Assembly: GCA_013265495.1 (NCBI GenBank)
Contig: MU058289.1
Span: 248,001-312,000, forward strand
DNA: 64,000 nucleotides
DNA from: Vicugna vicugna
Lineage: Eukaryota
Direction: 5' to 3'
Shown piece after piece: positions 48,489 through 60,027 of the stretch (the stretch's first letter is position 1; each line of letters starts with the position of its first letter). The notes below the pieces were generated by a model. The model saw only the letters and a program-made list of their open reading frames with translations, made no database searches and was not told where the DNA came from. A program made the translations under genes and the position numbers.

Positions 48489-49268
48489 GAAGTTGTGAGA
48501 ATACAAATCTACAGATGAATCTAGATGAATGGTATCACCTGAAATTTTGCAGTGCACAACCAGAACACCACATGGGACAGTCACAAATTATTAGGCACCA
48601 GTTTAGCGAAATGGCCAAGAGTATGGGTACTGAAGCCCGGTTTCCTGGGCTGAAATCTTACCTCTGACCCTTCCTAGAAGGTGATCTTGGGAATCTGATG
48701 TAACCTCTTAGCCTCCATTTCCTAATCTATAAGAGGATAGTCATGATACCTAATCTGTGGGGTAGAAGTAATGATTAAGTGTGCCAATGCATGTAAAGCC
48801 CCTGGAGCAGTGCCTGGAACATGATGAGTGCCATATGAGTGTTCGCTGCCATGACATTTTAGAATTTATTCAACAGACATTTGTGAAGAGACAGGCACAG
48901 TTCTAATGTCTCCACAAATATTAATCCTTTTAATCCTCATAACAATCCTCTTGAGACAGGTAACAGTATAGGTAGAGAGACAGTTCCAACATGTCACAAA
49001 ATGGACGCATTTGCAGACATCACATAAGCCACTCTGGGACACGTGGTTGGATTTCCATGCTCCAGGGGGACTCCTATGGACTCCCCAAGAAGTGAAGACT
49101 TGGGAATGGGAAGAGGGATTCAAGATTCCTTGTTCCTCATTGGGCTCACTGGCTGGGGGTGGATGCTGCATGTGATTGTATGTGGGGGTGAGTAGAAGGC
49201 AGGGGAAACTTGCTACCGCCCAGCCTCCTCAGAGTCCACTCTGGAACTCAGCTGATAGAGGCTTAGAA

Positions 49269-49289
49269 ATCAGCACCACGGAAAGCTCC
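49269..49289 (+). promoter_or_regulatory. Candidate RE1/NRSE (REST-binding) element just 3' of APLP1
   Basis: ATCAGCACCACGGAAAGCTCC matches the consensus TTCAGCACCACGGACAGCGCC at 18/21 positions with canonical spacing. Confidence 0.7.
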
Positions 49290-49470
49290 TGGATGCAATC
49301 CCAGCTCTCTGGGCCCTGCCTCCTCCCATAGGCCCCACCCAGATTTAAAGAGCTCTCCTACAGTTTAAAGAGGTGAAGGAGGCCCAATCAAAGATGTACA
49401 TCAGCGTCCAGAGCTTGATACACATTGATTCCCCCAGAGAGACACAGGATGGCCTGGTGGGGAAGAGAAC

Positions 49471-49476
49471 TTTATT
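49471..49476 (-). terminator. APLP1 polyadenylation signal AATAAA
   Basis: tttatt on + about 330 nt past the stop, followed on - by GT/T-rich sequence (ctgtgtctct). Confidence 0.75.
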
Positions 49477-49805
49477 GGGGTGTTAGTGGGGGACACGTGG
49501 GAGGATAGATTCCAGGGAACAACAAACACTAGGACCAAGTTGGTAGCCACTTTAAGAAACAATAAATTAATGTACAAAATAAATTAAGGTGAGGAGGTCC
49601 TAAGCGGAGAGGCAGCTGGGAATACCTAGGGATTTCTCAGGGATGGAATTTGGAATTGGAAAGGGGAAGTGAGAATTTCCAGCCCCTTCACAAAGGATGT
49701 GTAATGACCTTTTTCAAGACCCCTCCTCCAGGCTGGGAGTTGGGGTTCTGGGGCTCCAGGAAGAGAGAAGGTCTGGGCTCAGCCGAAGGGGTGAAGGGGG
49801 CTGGT

Positions 49806-52800
49806 TCAGGGTCGTTCCTCCAGGAAGCGGTAGGTAGGGTTCTCGTAGCCATGACGCTGCAGTTCACGCAGCTGCTGCTCCTCCAGAGTCAGCATGGGGT
49901 CCACCTGCAGTAGAGGCGGGAGAGGGGTAGTGGGGCATAGGGACCTGACCGCAGCTCTCACTCCACCCCCAACGCCCAGGGTCTGGAACTCCTCCTCACT
50001 CCAGGTCTTTGTGCCTCTCACCTCCACCACTCCGTGGCTGATGGCCCCGTAGGGCTTCTTCCTGCGCAAGAGCAGCATAGAGAGGACTATGAGGGAGCCC
50101 CCACCAGCTCCCATGATCAGCAGACCTGACACAGCCTCTCGGGACACGCCTGTTCCAGCTGGTGCCTGCAGGGAGAGGAGATAGGGCGGGGTCATCTTTG
50201 AGGCTCACCAGGGCCCTGTGTGGCTTTGGGAGTTGCAGCCTAGCCACTGTCCTCTGACCTCTCCCCCTAGGTACACAGAATATTCCTCCTCTTACCAGCT
50301 CATCTCTCTGAATCTCCGATGAGTGGAAAGGAAAACCCCTTGGAACAGACACATTCACCTGGGGGAGCAGGAGGTGTCAGGGAACCAGGAGTCTGGGTCC
50401 CAGCCTCCTCCTCCCCTGAGCCCCAAGAAGACATCCACCAGCCCTTTTCTTCCCTGGGACCCTGAAGTCCACGTCCTCAGTTCCTTTTTCCCTCAGGTCA
50501 AACCCCTAGCACCTCCTCCTTCAGACCTAGGAGACCAGTCCCCGTCTCCAGGCACCCACAGGTCTAGCTTACCTTTCGTTCATACTGCTCCAGGGGGGAC
50601 ATCTTCTCTTTTCCAGAGGATGCAGCATCTTGTTCTGTGGACCCTACCCCCCAAATCCTATCTTATTTCTGAGAGTCCAGAACGGTGCTACCCCCACCTG
50701 AGGAGGGGGTCAGAGGGGCACTGGACTCCACCCCAGGAGGTTCCCAGTGCATGGGCCCTTTTCCAGCCTGGGCTCAAGGGCTCAGTGGGATTTGGTGGCT
50801 GGGGGCTACTCTGTGAGATACTCACCTTTTGGAAGGGCCATGGGGGTGTCTGCTGGCAGCCACAGAAGGCAAGACAGGTGGAACAGTGAAGAGAGGAGAG
50901 CATCACTGGAGAAAGTATGGGGAACACCCTCCCAGGGGCCAAGGAAGGAGGAGCAAGGACCCTGCAGAGGCCTCCACAATCTCAGACATCCCTTCCCACC
51001 CTCTCCCACTCACTGCAGTGGCTAAGACCCCTCAGACTTCAGGAGATTAGAACTGAGGTTGGGGGCCTGTCTCCCAAAGTCTGAGATTCTTTATAGTTGG
51101 GTTAACTCACCGTCCTTGGAATCCAGAGGCTGTAGCCCACCCTTGTCCTCACTGCTGCCCCCTGGGGCAGGGGCTTCCAATTCATTGGGACCCAGGTGTT
51201 CAGAGTGGAGGAGTTCCTCTGAGGGGAACATGCAGAGAGGTGTGAGGTCATGAGCACAGGGATCCAAAAAACAGAACTGGGTGAACGGATGGCACCCCAA
51301 CAGTAGAATGATTGGGAGTAGCCATACAGGGATCATGGGAAGTGCGGAGCTGAATGGAGGAGGATGGAGAAGTTCAAGAGAGTGGCCTTAAAGAGCAGGA
51401 GAATTAGGGTTAGGCATGGGACATCCAGGAGGAAGTCACATTAGATCTGCAGGCTGGCACATTCTTGAATCTGGACTGGGTTGGTGACTTGTTTTAACCA
51501 TTGGAATGTGGACCCAAGCCTTAAGAAGACCTGGCAGTTTCCACTTTCGTGCTTTGGGGAGCCTCAACCACCATGTAGGAGGTCCAGGTGCCCTGCTGGG
51601 GAGACCACATGGAGGGGCTCCACAGAGAGAAGCCCTGAGCTTTCACAGAGAGGGAGAGAGACTCACTTGTGCCAGAGTCCCAGCCTCTGGCTGACCCACT
51701 AGCCAGTGTAGCTCCACGCTTGACTGCTGACAAGACCAGCAGAAGAAGCACCCAGTGGAACCCAGACCAGACAGCAGAATCATGAGCAAAGAAAGTGCTT
51801 GACTTAAGCAACTACGTCCTTCAATTTTTTACATAGGAATAGATATTGGAAATGGCGGGTGGGGTGGGGAGTCAAAGGTCGGGGGTCAAGATGAAGTACT
51901 CACGGATCTGGGGCCGCAACTCCTGCGCCAGCTGGGGGTTCTGGTCAAGCAGCCCCAGGCTCTGATTCATTCTTTCTTCGATTACTTGAAGGTGGGTCTG
52001 CACCTGTTGGGGAGTGAATATGAAGGATGAACTGAGCAGTGCAGGCTAGAGACGGGGAAACAGAGGCAGGGTGCAGGGGGAGGTCAGTAGGGCCGAAGGA
52101 AAAGTAGCACATACAATGGACAGGAAATAGCGGACAAGGGCCGGGAAGTGGGCCACAGGAGGCAGGAAACTGAAGGAGGAGCAGGAGAATACAAAGAAAA
52201 GGAAAAGATGTACAGAAAACAGGAAGTGAGAGTCTTGGAAAGAAAATAAGGGAGAAGGAAAAGAAGTAGCTGTTAAGAGATAGAGTAAGTACAGGATGCA
52301 AGGAACATGGTTTAGAAGACAGGGCGTGGTGGTAAGTGGGTAGGAGGGGCAGAAAGTAGGGTCTAAGGAATCAAAAGAGAGGTTTGATGGGGTTTAGGAG
52401 AAGGAAGTGGGGTTGGAGGGTCATATAGAAATGGTGTGGTTCAAGGGCGAGGCTTGGGGTTCAAGAGCATAGAATGGAGTATTCTGGGACAGGAAGAGAA
52501 CACCCAAGACACAGCAATTAGGATCTGAGGGCACAGAACAAGGGTTCCAGGGAGAATAAGTGGGGTTAGGGGAAAAGAAGGGCTGAGGGACGGGAAAAGG
52601 ATTCAAGACACAGGAGGGGGATCTGAGAAAGGAAGTAGGAGACCAAGGGACAGGAAGTCGGGATTCAAGGGACAAGAAAGGGTTCAAAGCGGGCGGGGGA
52701 GACAGTGTTCCAAGGTCAGGAAGTAGGGATCTGAGGGACTGGAATAGGTCCCAAGCACAGAGAGGGGGTTCCAGGGGTAGGAAGGAGGTCCAAGGGACAG

Positions 52801-55800
52801 AAAGAGGGTCTGAGAGGCAAGAGAAGAGTCTGAGAGATGGAGGCCAAGAGACTGGGGTCTGAGGGCTAGCGGAGTACTTGGGAGCTGGAGGAATCTGAGC
52901 ACCTGGAAGCGCATCTGCTGGGCCTTTTCGGGGTCCACGGCGGCCACGTGCTGGTAGTGTCGCAGCGTGTGCCTTTGCTCCTTCTGCTCCGCACGCAGGT
53001 AGCGACGCAGGGCCAGCAGGACACGCTCTGGCTGTGGGAGGGGTGAAGGCTGTCCAGGTCCGCCCCAGCCCTTTTCACCCTCTGCCTTCTGCCCTCCGCC
53101 CTCTGCCCTGATGGCTCCCACACCTGAGGCGGATCCCCCTGCAGCGCCGCCAGGAAACCTTCCAAGGCAGCCCGGCGCTGGTCGTTGATGAGGGCGATGA
53201 CTCGGGTGGCATGGGTCTCCACCAGGCGCTGTCGCTCACCAGACACCTGCTCCTCCAGGGTCTGCAGAATGGACTGGAAGTGCTGGCAAGGGGGTGGGCA
53301 CCGGGTCAGGAGAGGCGAAGATGGATGGAAGCACGGGTCAAAGGGGGTCTGGAAAGGCAGGGCGCTAGGGCCAAGTGGGGTGAGGTGCAGTGGATCCAGG
53401 CCTGAGCAGAGCCAACCTGGGGCAGGACTAGATCACGGCGGGTGATCACAGACTGGTGGGGGTGGGGCTGCAGGGCCAGGTAGAGTAGGGGCAGCACTAG
53501 GCCTACTGGCAACGCAGCTGAAGGTGTAAATGGCATTGGATGGGAACAATCTTAGGACAGCTGGCCTGTGTTATGGTGAAATGGACCAAGTGCTGTAGGA
53601 AATGTGGGGCTCCAGGTCTGGGAAGGGCCAGATGGAGACAGGTTGTGCCTAAATGAGACTGTAGAGGGTGGGTGAAAGAGTCTGGGAATGGGGCTAACTG
53701 AGCAGGGTCTGCACAGGGCAGGGCTGTACCACGGTGAGGCTGAGAGAGGTGGGTGGGAGTGTCATGAGGCCCACTGAGGAAGGACAAAGCAAAAGTGAGA
53801 TTGGAGGGGCAGGACTAGAGTCAGGGGGCAGGGCCTAGCATCAAAAAGAGGCTGAGAAGGACCTGGCTGTTTTTGCAGGGGGCCTGCTTGGGAGAGGGCT
53901 CCAGAGCCAGCCCTCAGGGGTTGGGATCAAGTTAAGGCAGAGGAAACCATGGCCAATCGGAGGAGGGCAATGTCAGGTTGGATGTAGGCCAAGAAGGTGG
54001 AGCCAAATGCAGGGGTGGGGCCAGAAGAGGCCCATATAAGTAAAAGAGGTGAAACTGGCCCAGGTCAGACAAAGCCTGAGCAGGGCTGAGACCCCGTGTG
54101 CCCCAGCTGGTGGACAGGTGTGAGCAGGACCCCCTGGAGGCTATGCTACCTCATTCAGGGCCTGTCTGTCAGCTTTAGGCAGGTTCTTGGACTGGTTGTC
54201 CGCCATGGCCCATTCACGCATCACCTGGGGAAAAGGGGAGCTTCAGGATCCTCGAATCCACCCTATTCTACCCAGTGAGTCCCTCAACCCCTCTTCAGAA
54301 GTTCCAGATCACTTAAATACCACTGCCTCTTGGATTCCCAAGAGCGAGGATTCAGAAGGAATTTAAAGTGGAAGAGTGTCATGCACCAGAGTTTGCACAG
54401 AATCTGTCAGTGGGATTCTAGATGGGTGAGGGAACCCTGATCAACTTAGGGGTAGTGTTGAGGGATGGGGGTTGATGGGGGCTTGGGGAGCCTTTAGAGA
54501 TAGTCTCAATGTGTCCCCGAGGAATTCCCTGGTATTTAGGGAGCTCTGTGTTATGGGGGATCCTGGGGCCCCCAGTACCATCACCTCATTAATCTGGCGC
54601 ATCCTGCGCTCCTCAAGATCCATCTTGGCCCGCAGGAACCCCTCATGCTCGCTGATTTCTCCAGGCATGCCAAAGTACACGTCCACACCATCTGTGGGCC
54701 TCGGGGTGGGAGTCACTGCAAGGCCACGAATCAGGGAGACAGCCTGAAGCCCACCTCCAGGTCACCTTCCCTTCCCAGAGAAATGCATTTCCCGGAGCAC
54801 ACTGGAGACCATCATGTGTTCACTTTAGCCATGGTTGCTGCCTGGCATCATATGAGACGGGGTTCTGGACTGGGCCTGTTCTTGAGAAGCTTAGGAATCC
54901 ATTACACTGTCCTCCAAGGTTTCCTCAAATAATCTTCAGGACCTAACAAATGGCTCCTCCACTTCCAGGTACCCTCAGACCACCCTCACTCTTTGCGTAC
55001 TTAACAGGCTGGCCCTTCCACCTCTACTTAACGCAAAGCCCCTCCCATTCCTCTCATTTCCTCCAACAGGGCTTCTCCCCCACAGGTCCCTCCCAAAGAT
55101 GCCCCTATACCAAGGCTCCCTTAAAGCATCCTCCTTCCAGGGTGGAGGGGACTAGGGGTTCAGAGACTGCCTCACCTTTGCTGACCCCTGCAGGGGTATG
55201 AGAGCTTGAGGGTGGGACTCTTTCCTCCTCTTCTTCCTCTTCAGCCCGTGGTGGCTCCACGAAGTAATCATCTACTGGCTGTGGGAAGGAGTCCTCCTCT
55301 TCCTCGTCCTCATCCCCCTCTAGTCTGCCCCCCAGGGGCCAGGACCGGGTGGAGGGGTCACTGAGGGAGCAGAAGACCCAAGGCAATAAGAACCTGGGCC
55401 CAGGCCCCCAGGCTTCCATCTTCTGCCTCAGGAGCCTTGGGTTGAGCATGGAGGGTGCCCTCCCACTCACCCAACTGTTGTCCCAGACGGGTTGGGGGTC
55501 ACTGGAGGGGGGCAGCACACATACTCCACACCTCGGAACCGATCTGCGCCACAGGGCAAAAGCATGCCCGAGCCATGCAGGATGAGGCCCTGGGAGCTGC
55601 AGGCCTGCGGGAAGAGTGGGCCCAGATGCCAGGACTGTGGGGTAAGAGAGGGTAGACAAGGAGCCAGGATGCCAGGGGTTTGGGGACTGATGGGGCTGGG
55701 AGCCTGGATTTCTCATTCTACCCCAGTGGGAAGAGGGGGCTGAGGTCCAGACTTGGGTTCTGGAGGAGGAGGGTGTTAGAGGACTGTACCCCTGGGTTCT

Positions 55801-58296
55801 GAGGGGATGAGAATGAATGGGCGGGGTCCTGACCTCCTGTGCCTCCTGATGCCTTCGGGTTGAACTCTTGCACTGGTCCATGCGCTCCTGGTGCAAGAAC
55901 CGGCAGCCTTCAGGCACCAGCAGGGCCTCGCTCACGAATTCACCCGCTGGCAAATAGGGGCATCAGAGTGAGACACTCCCACAGCCACGAGCCCTACCCT
56001 CCTCAGAATCCAGATCTTTTATCCTCAGAGTCTTCTCTGCCCCACTCTGGACCCAGGCATCATCCTCTCTAATGTGAGCCGGAAACCAGGGCCAGAATTT
56101 CACCCCTTGGATACACTCTCCCACCACTTCCGTTCCCCTCCCTTAGCCTGTGACTCACGCAGGCAGCGGAAAGGCACAACCTGGTGGTGGGTGTGGGCAC
56201 AGTGGCCACCCCGGGCATCCCCGCACCAGCGCTCCATGGGGATGGCCTGCGTCGCTTGTTCCACACGTGCAATCTGCAGCTCCGGGTACATCTAGGGGCA
56301 CCAGGTGGAAGCGATCAACCCCCTGCCCTGTCCCTGCCAAAGGCGCTTCTGCACTGGTATGTCCCTTTTCAAGACTCTGGTATTCATAAGGATATTTCCT
56401 CCCCAGGTTCTTCTGCTCTGTGGAACCAGTCTTAGGTATCTAAGCCCCTCAAGCCCATTGACCACGCCCCCTAGTAGCACTCTTAAAAGCCACACCATCC
56501 TTAGGCTCCGCCCGTTTGCCTGCCCAGTTTCTTTACGAAGATCCCTCGACCTGCCCACAGCTCAGTCCCTCCTAGCCCATCTCTCTTGTAGTCGTCTCTG
56601 CCCCCTTCCCCAATTAGATTCATTTCCCCTAGATTCCACCCTTTAAGCCTCGCCTCTCTCGCTGTTAGGCCTCTCAGTAGACAGCCCTTCTCTTTGTGTT
56701 AGACCTGCCTTTTCATAACCTCTCCCGCACTGGGGTCCACCCCTTTCCTAGTCTCGCTGGTCCAGGTCTTTTTGTTTTAGCCCCGCCTCTCCTTTGGCCA
56801 CGCCCATCTACGACCCTACTCTTTAAAAAGCCCATCAATATGTCTAAACTCTGTCTCTTCACTCGACACTTCCCTTAGCTGTCTGTCTTTGCACGGTTCT
56901 ACCCTTTTCCTGACTTGGTTTCTCAAAAAACCAGGTCCTGTCTTATCCTAACTTCGCTTCTTTGTTGGCCACGCCCCCTAGCTTTCCATGCCGCCTTGGA
57001 TCCCTCATCTCCCTGGACCTTGCCTTTTGCACTACTAGCTTCTTCGGGGGTACCCGGCCCCAAGTTGGACCCGCTGTCCTGCTGGCCACGCCCCTCCCGG
57101 TAGGTCCCGCCTACCTGTCTGCAGTACTCCAGCACGCGTTGCGGGTCCCGGAGGCAGCGTCGCGAGCGCTGTGGGTCTGGTTCCCAACGGCCGGTGCGCA
57201 GGTCCCGGTGAAGGGTTAGACGCCCGCATAGTCCAGCCACCTGGGCCGACCCAGGAGCCTGGGGGTGGGGGCGGAGGGGTCAGCGAGGGCACGGGGGACG
57301 CTGGCATGTGGGTCCCCTGGTCTTTGCTCCCTAGGACCCAAACGTTCAGACCCCCAGCACCAGCCCTCTCCACCACGCACCGCGCACCCGCCTCCGTAGA
57401 GGTTCGGTTCCCTGGGAAACAGCTCCCACAGGGCGGGGGCGCCCCAGCTCTGCCGTCGCTACGGCGACCTGGGTCCCCCGGGATTCTCGCGGCCTTGTTG
57501 CCGCGGAGACAGGCTCCGCCCTCACCCCAGCGCAGTCGCACTAGAGCCCGAAGGGGTTAAACCCAAATGGCGGGGGAGGAGGCCAGAACCCAGGCGTTCT
57601 GGCCCCTCCTCCCTACATCCATAGCTCAGGCTCCCATTCTCGGGTGCAAAGACCACAAGGCCTGGCTTCAGGGCCCTGCAGGCCTGGACACCAAATCCTT
57701 GAGGGATGGAGAGCTACATCTTGACTTGAGGGGCGGTGGCAGGAGGCCTAGATGCCTGGGTCCTGGGAGGCTTGAGGGAGCCCTCATATGGGTCCAGAGG
57801 ATGCAAAGGGCCCAGATTTTTGGCTGTAGGTGCCTTGCTGCCCTGTGAGTCCTGTTCAGGTGGGGAAGGGCTGGGGCTGAGTCACCAGGTCGATAGGGTC
57901 TGAGGGGGCTGGACTTCTGGGACCAGGGGCTCTAGAAAATCCAATTTCTATACTGGGGGCAGGAGGGGGCTGGGACTGGGACGACAGATGATGGGGGAGA
58001 TGGGGCCTGGACTTCTGGGTTCATGAATGTCTAGTGCTGTTAGGGGCCCTGGGAACCGGCCACCTGGCTGGAAAGACTGCGTTTTCTGCTCTGGACGTGT
58101 CCGCGTCGGGGTCCAGAGGCCCAGTCCCGCCCATTCCCCCATCCCCCAGAACCCAGTGGAGCCTCACCTCGGCGGCGCTGGGGCTCCCACCGGTCAGGCT
58201 CCCGACGGCCAGCTGCGCGCGCAGAAGCAGCAGCAATAGTGGCAGCAGCAGCAGCAGCGGGCCCAGGCGACGAGCGGCGGGGCTGGCGGGCCCCAT
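49806..58296 (-). CDS. APLP1: Amyloid beta precursor-like protein 1, 17 exons, 646/647 aa
   Basis: Exons 58296-58168, 57258-57115, 56291-56159, 55946-55834, 55604-55471, 55360-55176, 54715-54585, 54224-54150, 53282-53124, 53031-52903, 52003-51904, 51218-51111, 50849(or 50852)-50826, 50643-50573, 50358-50296, 50165-50022, 49904-49806; all GT-AG, 1941 nt. Signal peptide, E1, acidic region, E2, TM and GYENPTY tail; no KPI exon, as expected for APLP1. Confidence 0.98.
51480..51850. mobile_element. MaLR (MLT1-type) LTR relic in APLP1 intron 11
   Basis: gtgacttgttttaaccattggaatgtgg...gagaccacatggag...cagcagaatcatgagcaaa...cttaagcaactac. Confidence 0.6.
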
Positions 58297-58560
58297 GTCC
58301 CGGCCCTCGCGCCCTCACGTCCCCTGCACTCCCGCCCAGCCCGGCCCGGCCCCAGCGGTGACAGGAGCTCCCAGCGCCACCGCCGCCACCTCCTCCTCCC
58401 GCCGCCCCCGGGCTGCGCCGGCGCCGCCAGCCCCGCCCCGCGCCGGCCCCGCCTTCCTGGCCAGGACAATAGCGTGGCAGCTCTGCGCAGAGTGGAGCGG
58501 CTCGGAAACCCCGGGTGGGACCCTGAGCCAGGCGCCTGCCCCCTTGAGAGTCCAGGCGTC
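58297..58560 (-). promoter_or_regulatory. APLP1 CpG-island promoter / 5' UTR
   Basis: Very GC/CpG-rich with GC boxes (ccccgccccg ~58431-58440) immediately upstream of the ATG. Confidence 0.75.
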
Positions 58561-59406
58561 CCACCCCACGCAAGGGCGCAGCCAGGAGCCTGGGTCATGG
58601 ACTCTGCAGTTGTGGATTTCGAGTTCAGAACGCTCACCCCAAGCTTTCTCCTCCCTCAGACCCAGACACTAACAAATCATCTTCCTTTTCTTCCAGGGGT
58701 GCCAGCATTGGATACCACTCCCTACCTCCTCTATCCTCTCTTGAGGTCCCAGGAATACAGGCCTCCAAAATCTCCCCAGTCAAGAACACAGTGGTTGAGA
58801 CCTAGTCCCCTTCTCCCTCATATCCAGGAGTCTGGGCCCCAGGAACCTTCTTTCTCAGGGCTAGAGACCAAGTCCTTAGCCCTTTCTCCCTAAGACCCAG
58901 GAGTCCAGGCCGTCTGCTGTTTCCCAGGGGCCCCAGGCACCCAGGCCTTTAATTCCTAAATCAAAGATCCATGAACCAAAGCCTCCAGGCCCTTTCTTTA
59001 AGGATGAGCTGGGTCAGGTACCCAGCACCTCAGTATAAGGATCTGGACCCCCAACCTTGCTCTAAGCACCAGGGCATTTCTATTTTCCCACCTCTGGGCT
59101 CTCCCTGACCGCCTTCTCCTTCAAGGCTCACTGCTTTGTCTCCTCAAAAGATAGTGTTAGTGAAACTGTCTTCCTCAAGGGGACTGGGCCTTGTCATGTG
59201 TATGCATCTGTGCATATATGTTTGTGTAGATATGTATTAAAAGAGCTCAGAGCACTAAATGGATAATAAAAGGCTGGGGGTGGCTCACAGTTTTTCTTAT
59301 ACCCATTTCATAGTCTAGAGGAAGGGCCTTCGGGCAGGTTTGATGGCTCTCTTGATGGATGGCAATTATGCCAGGAGAATCTCTAAGACATTCACTTCTT
59401 GACTTT

Positions 59407-59412
59407 TTTAAT
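59407..59412 (-). terminator. Possible KIRREL2 polyadenylation signal ATTAAA
   Basis: tttaat on + about 615 nt past the stop, in an AT-rich patch. Confidence 0.5.
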
Positions 59413-60027
59413 TAAACATAAATATTCTTATTCCTAGATTCTAACACCCCCTCCCATTCCTGCCATGGCAGTTCTCACCCTGTCTTTGCTCCTTGGGTCC
59501 AGTTCTTCCTGGGCCTTTAAGGGAGGTAGAAGGAATTAAGATGGTGGTCATCTTGGGTTTCTGGAGAGTGAATGGCCATTTTGGCTGCATTTCCATGGGT
59601 GAAGCCTAGTACCCCTTGGAAACAGCCAGGACAGGGCCTCCATCTTATTCTGCCTTATGTAGCCTTTCTTCTTAGTGCAGGTGGTCATCTTGAAATATCT
59701 TCTGTCAGTATCTGGAAACAACTTCCTTCTCTGCCCCTAATTTCTACCACCCCTTGTCCCCCATCCCTCTGCAAAGGGCCCATTTGCCATCTCGAATCTC
59801 TTTTACACAGGGGAATTGGGTTGGCACAGTGGCCATTTTGCTCCCACTTGGGGCATCCCCTTTGGCTGAGCTGTTCATCAATGACCCAGACAATTGTAAT
59901 GAACTCTCCCTCTCCTCGATGTCCAATTTTGGAAGAGTAAGGTCGCCAACTTGCTCTGGTTCCTCAGACGTCAGGATAGTCCATCAGGGCAAGTTGAAGA
60001 TCCCAGGGCTCTTCAGTTGGAGAGATG

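Noticed and set aside
55105..55953. 282-aa ORF inside APLP1
   Set aside because: A chimera of exons 4 and 6 with introns and exon 5 out of frame.
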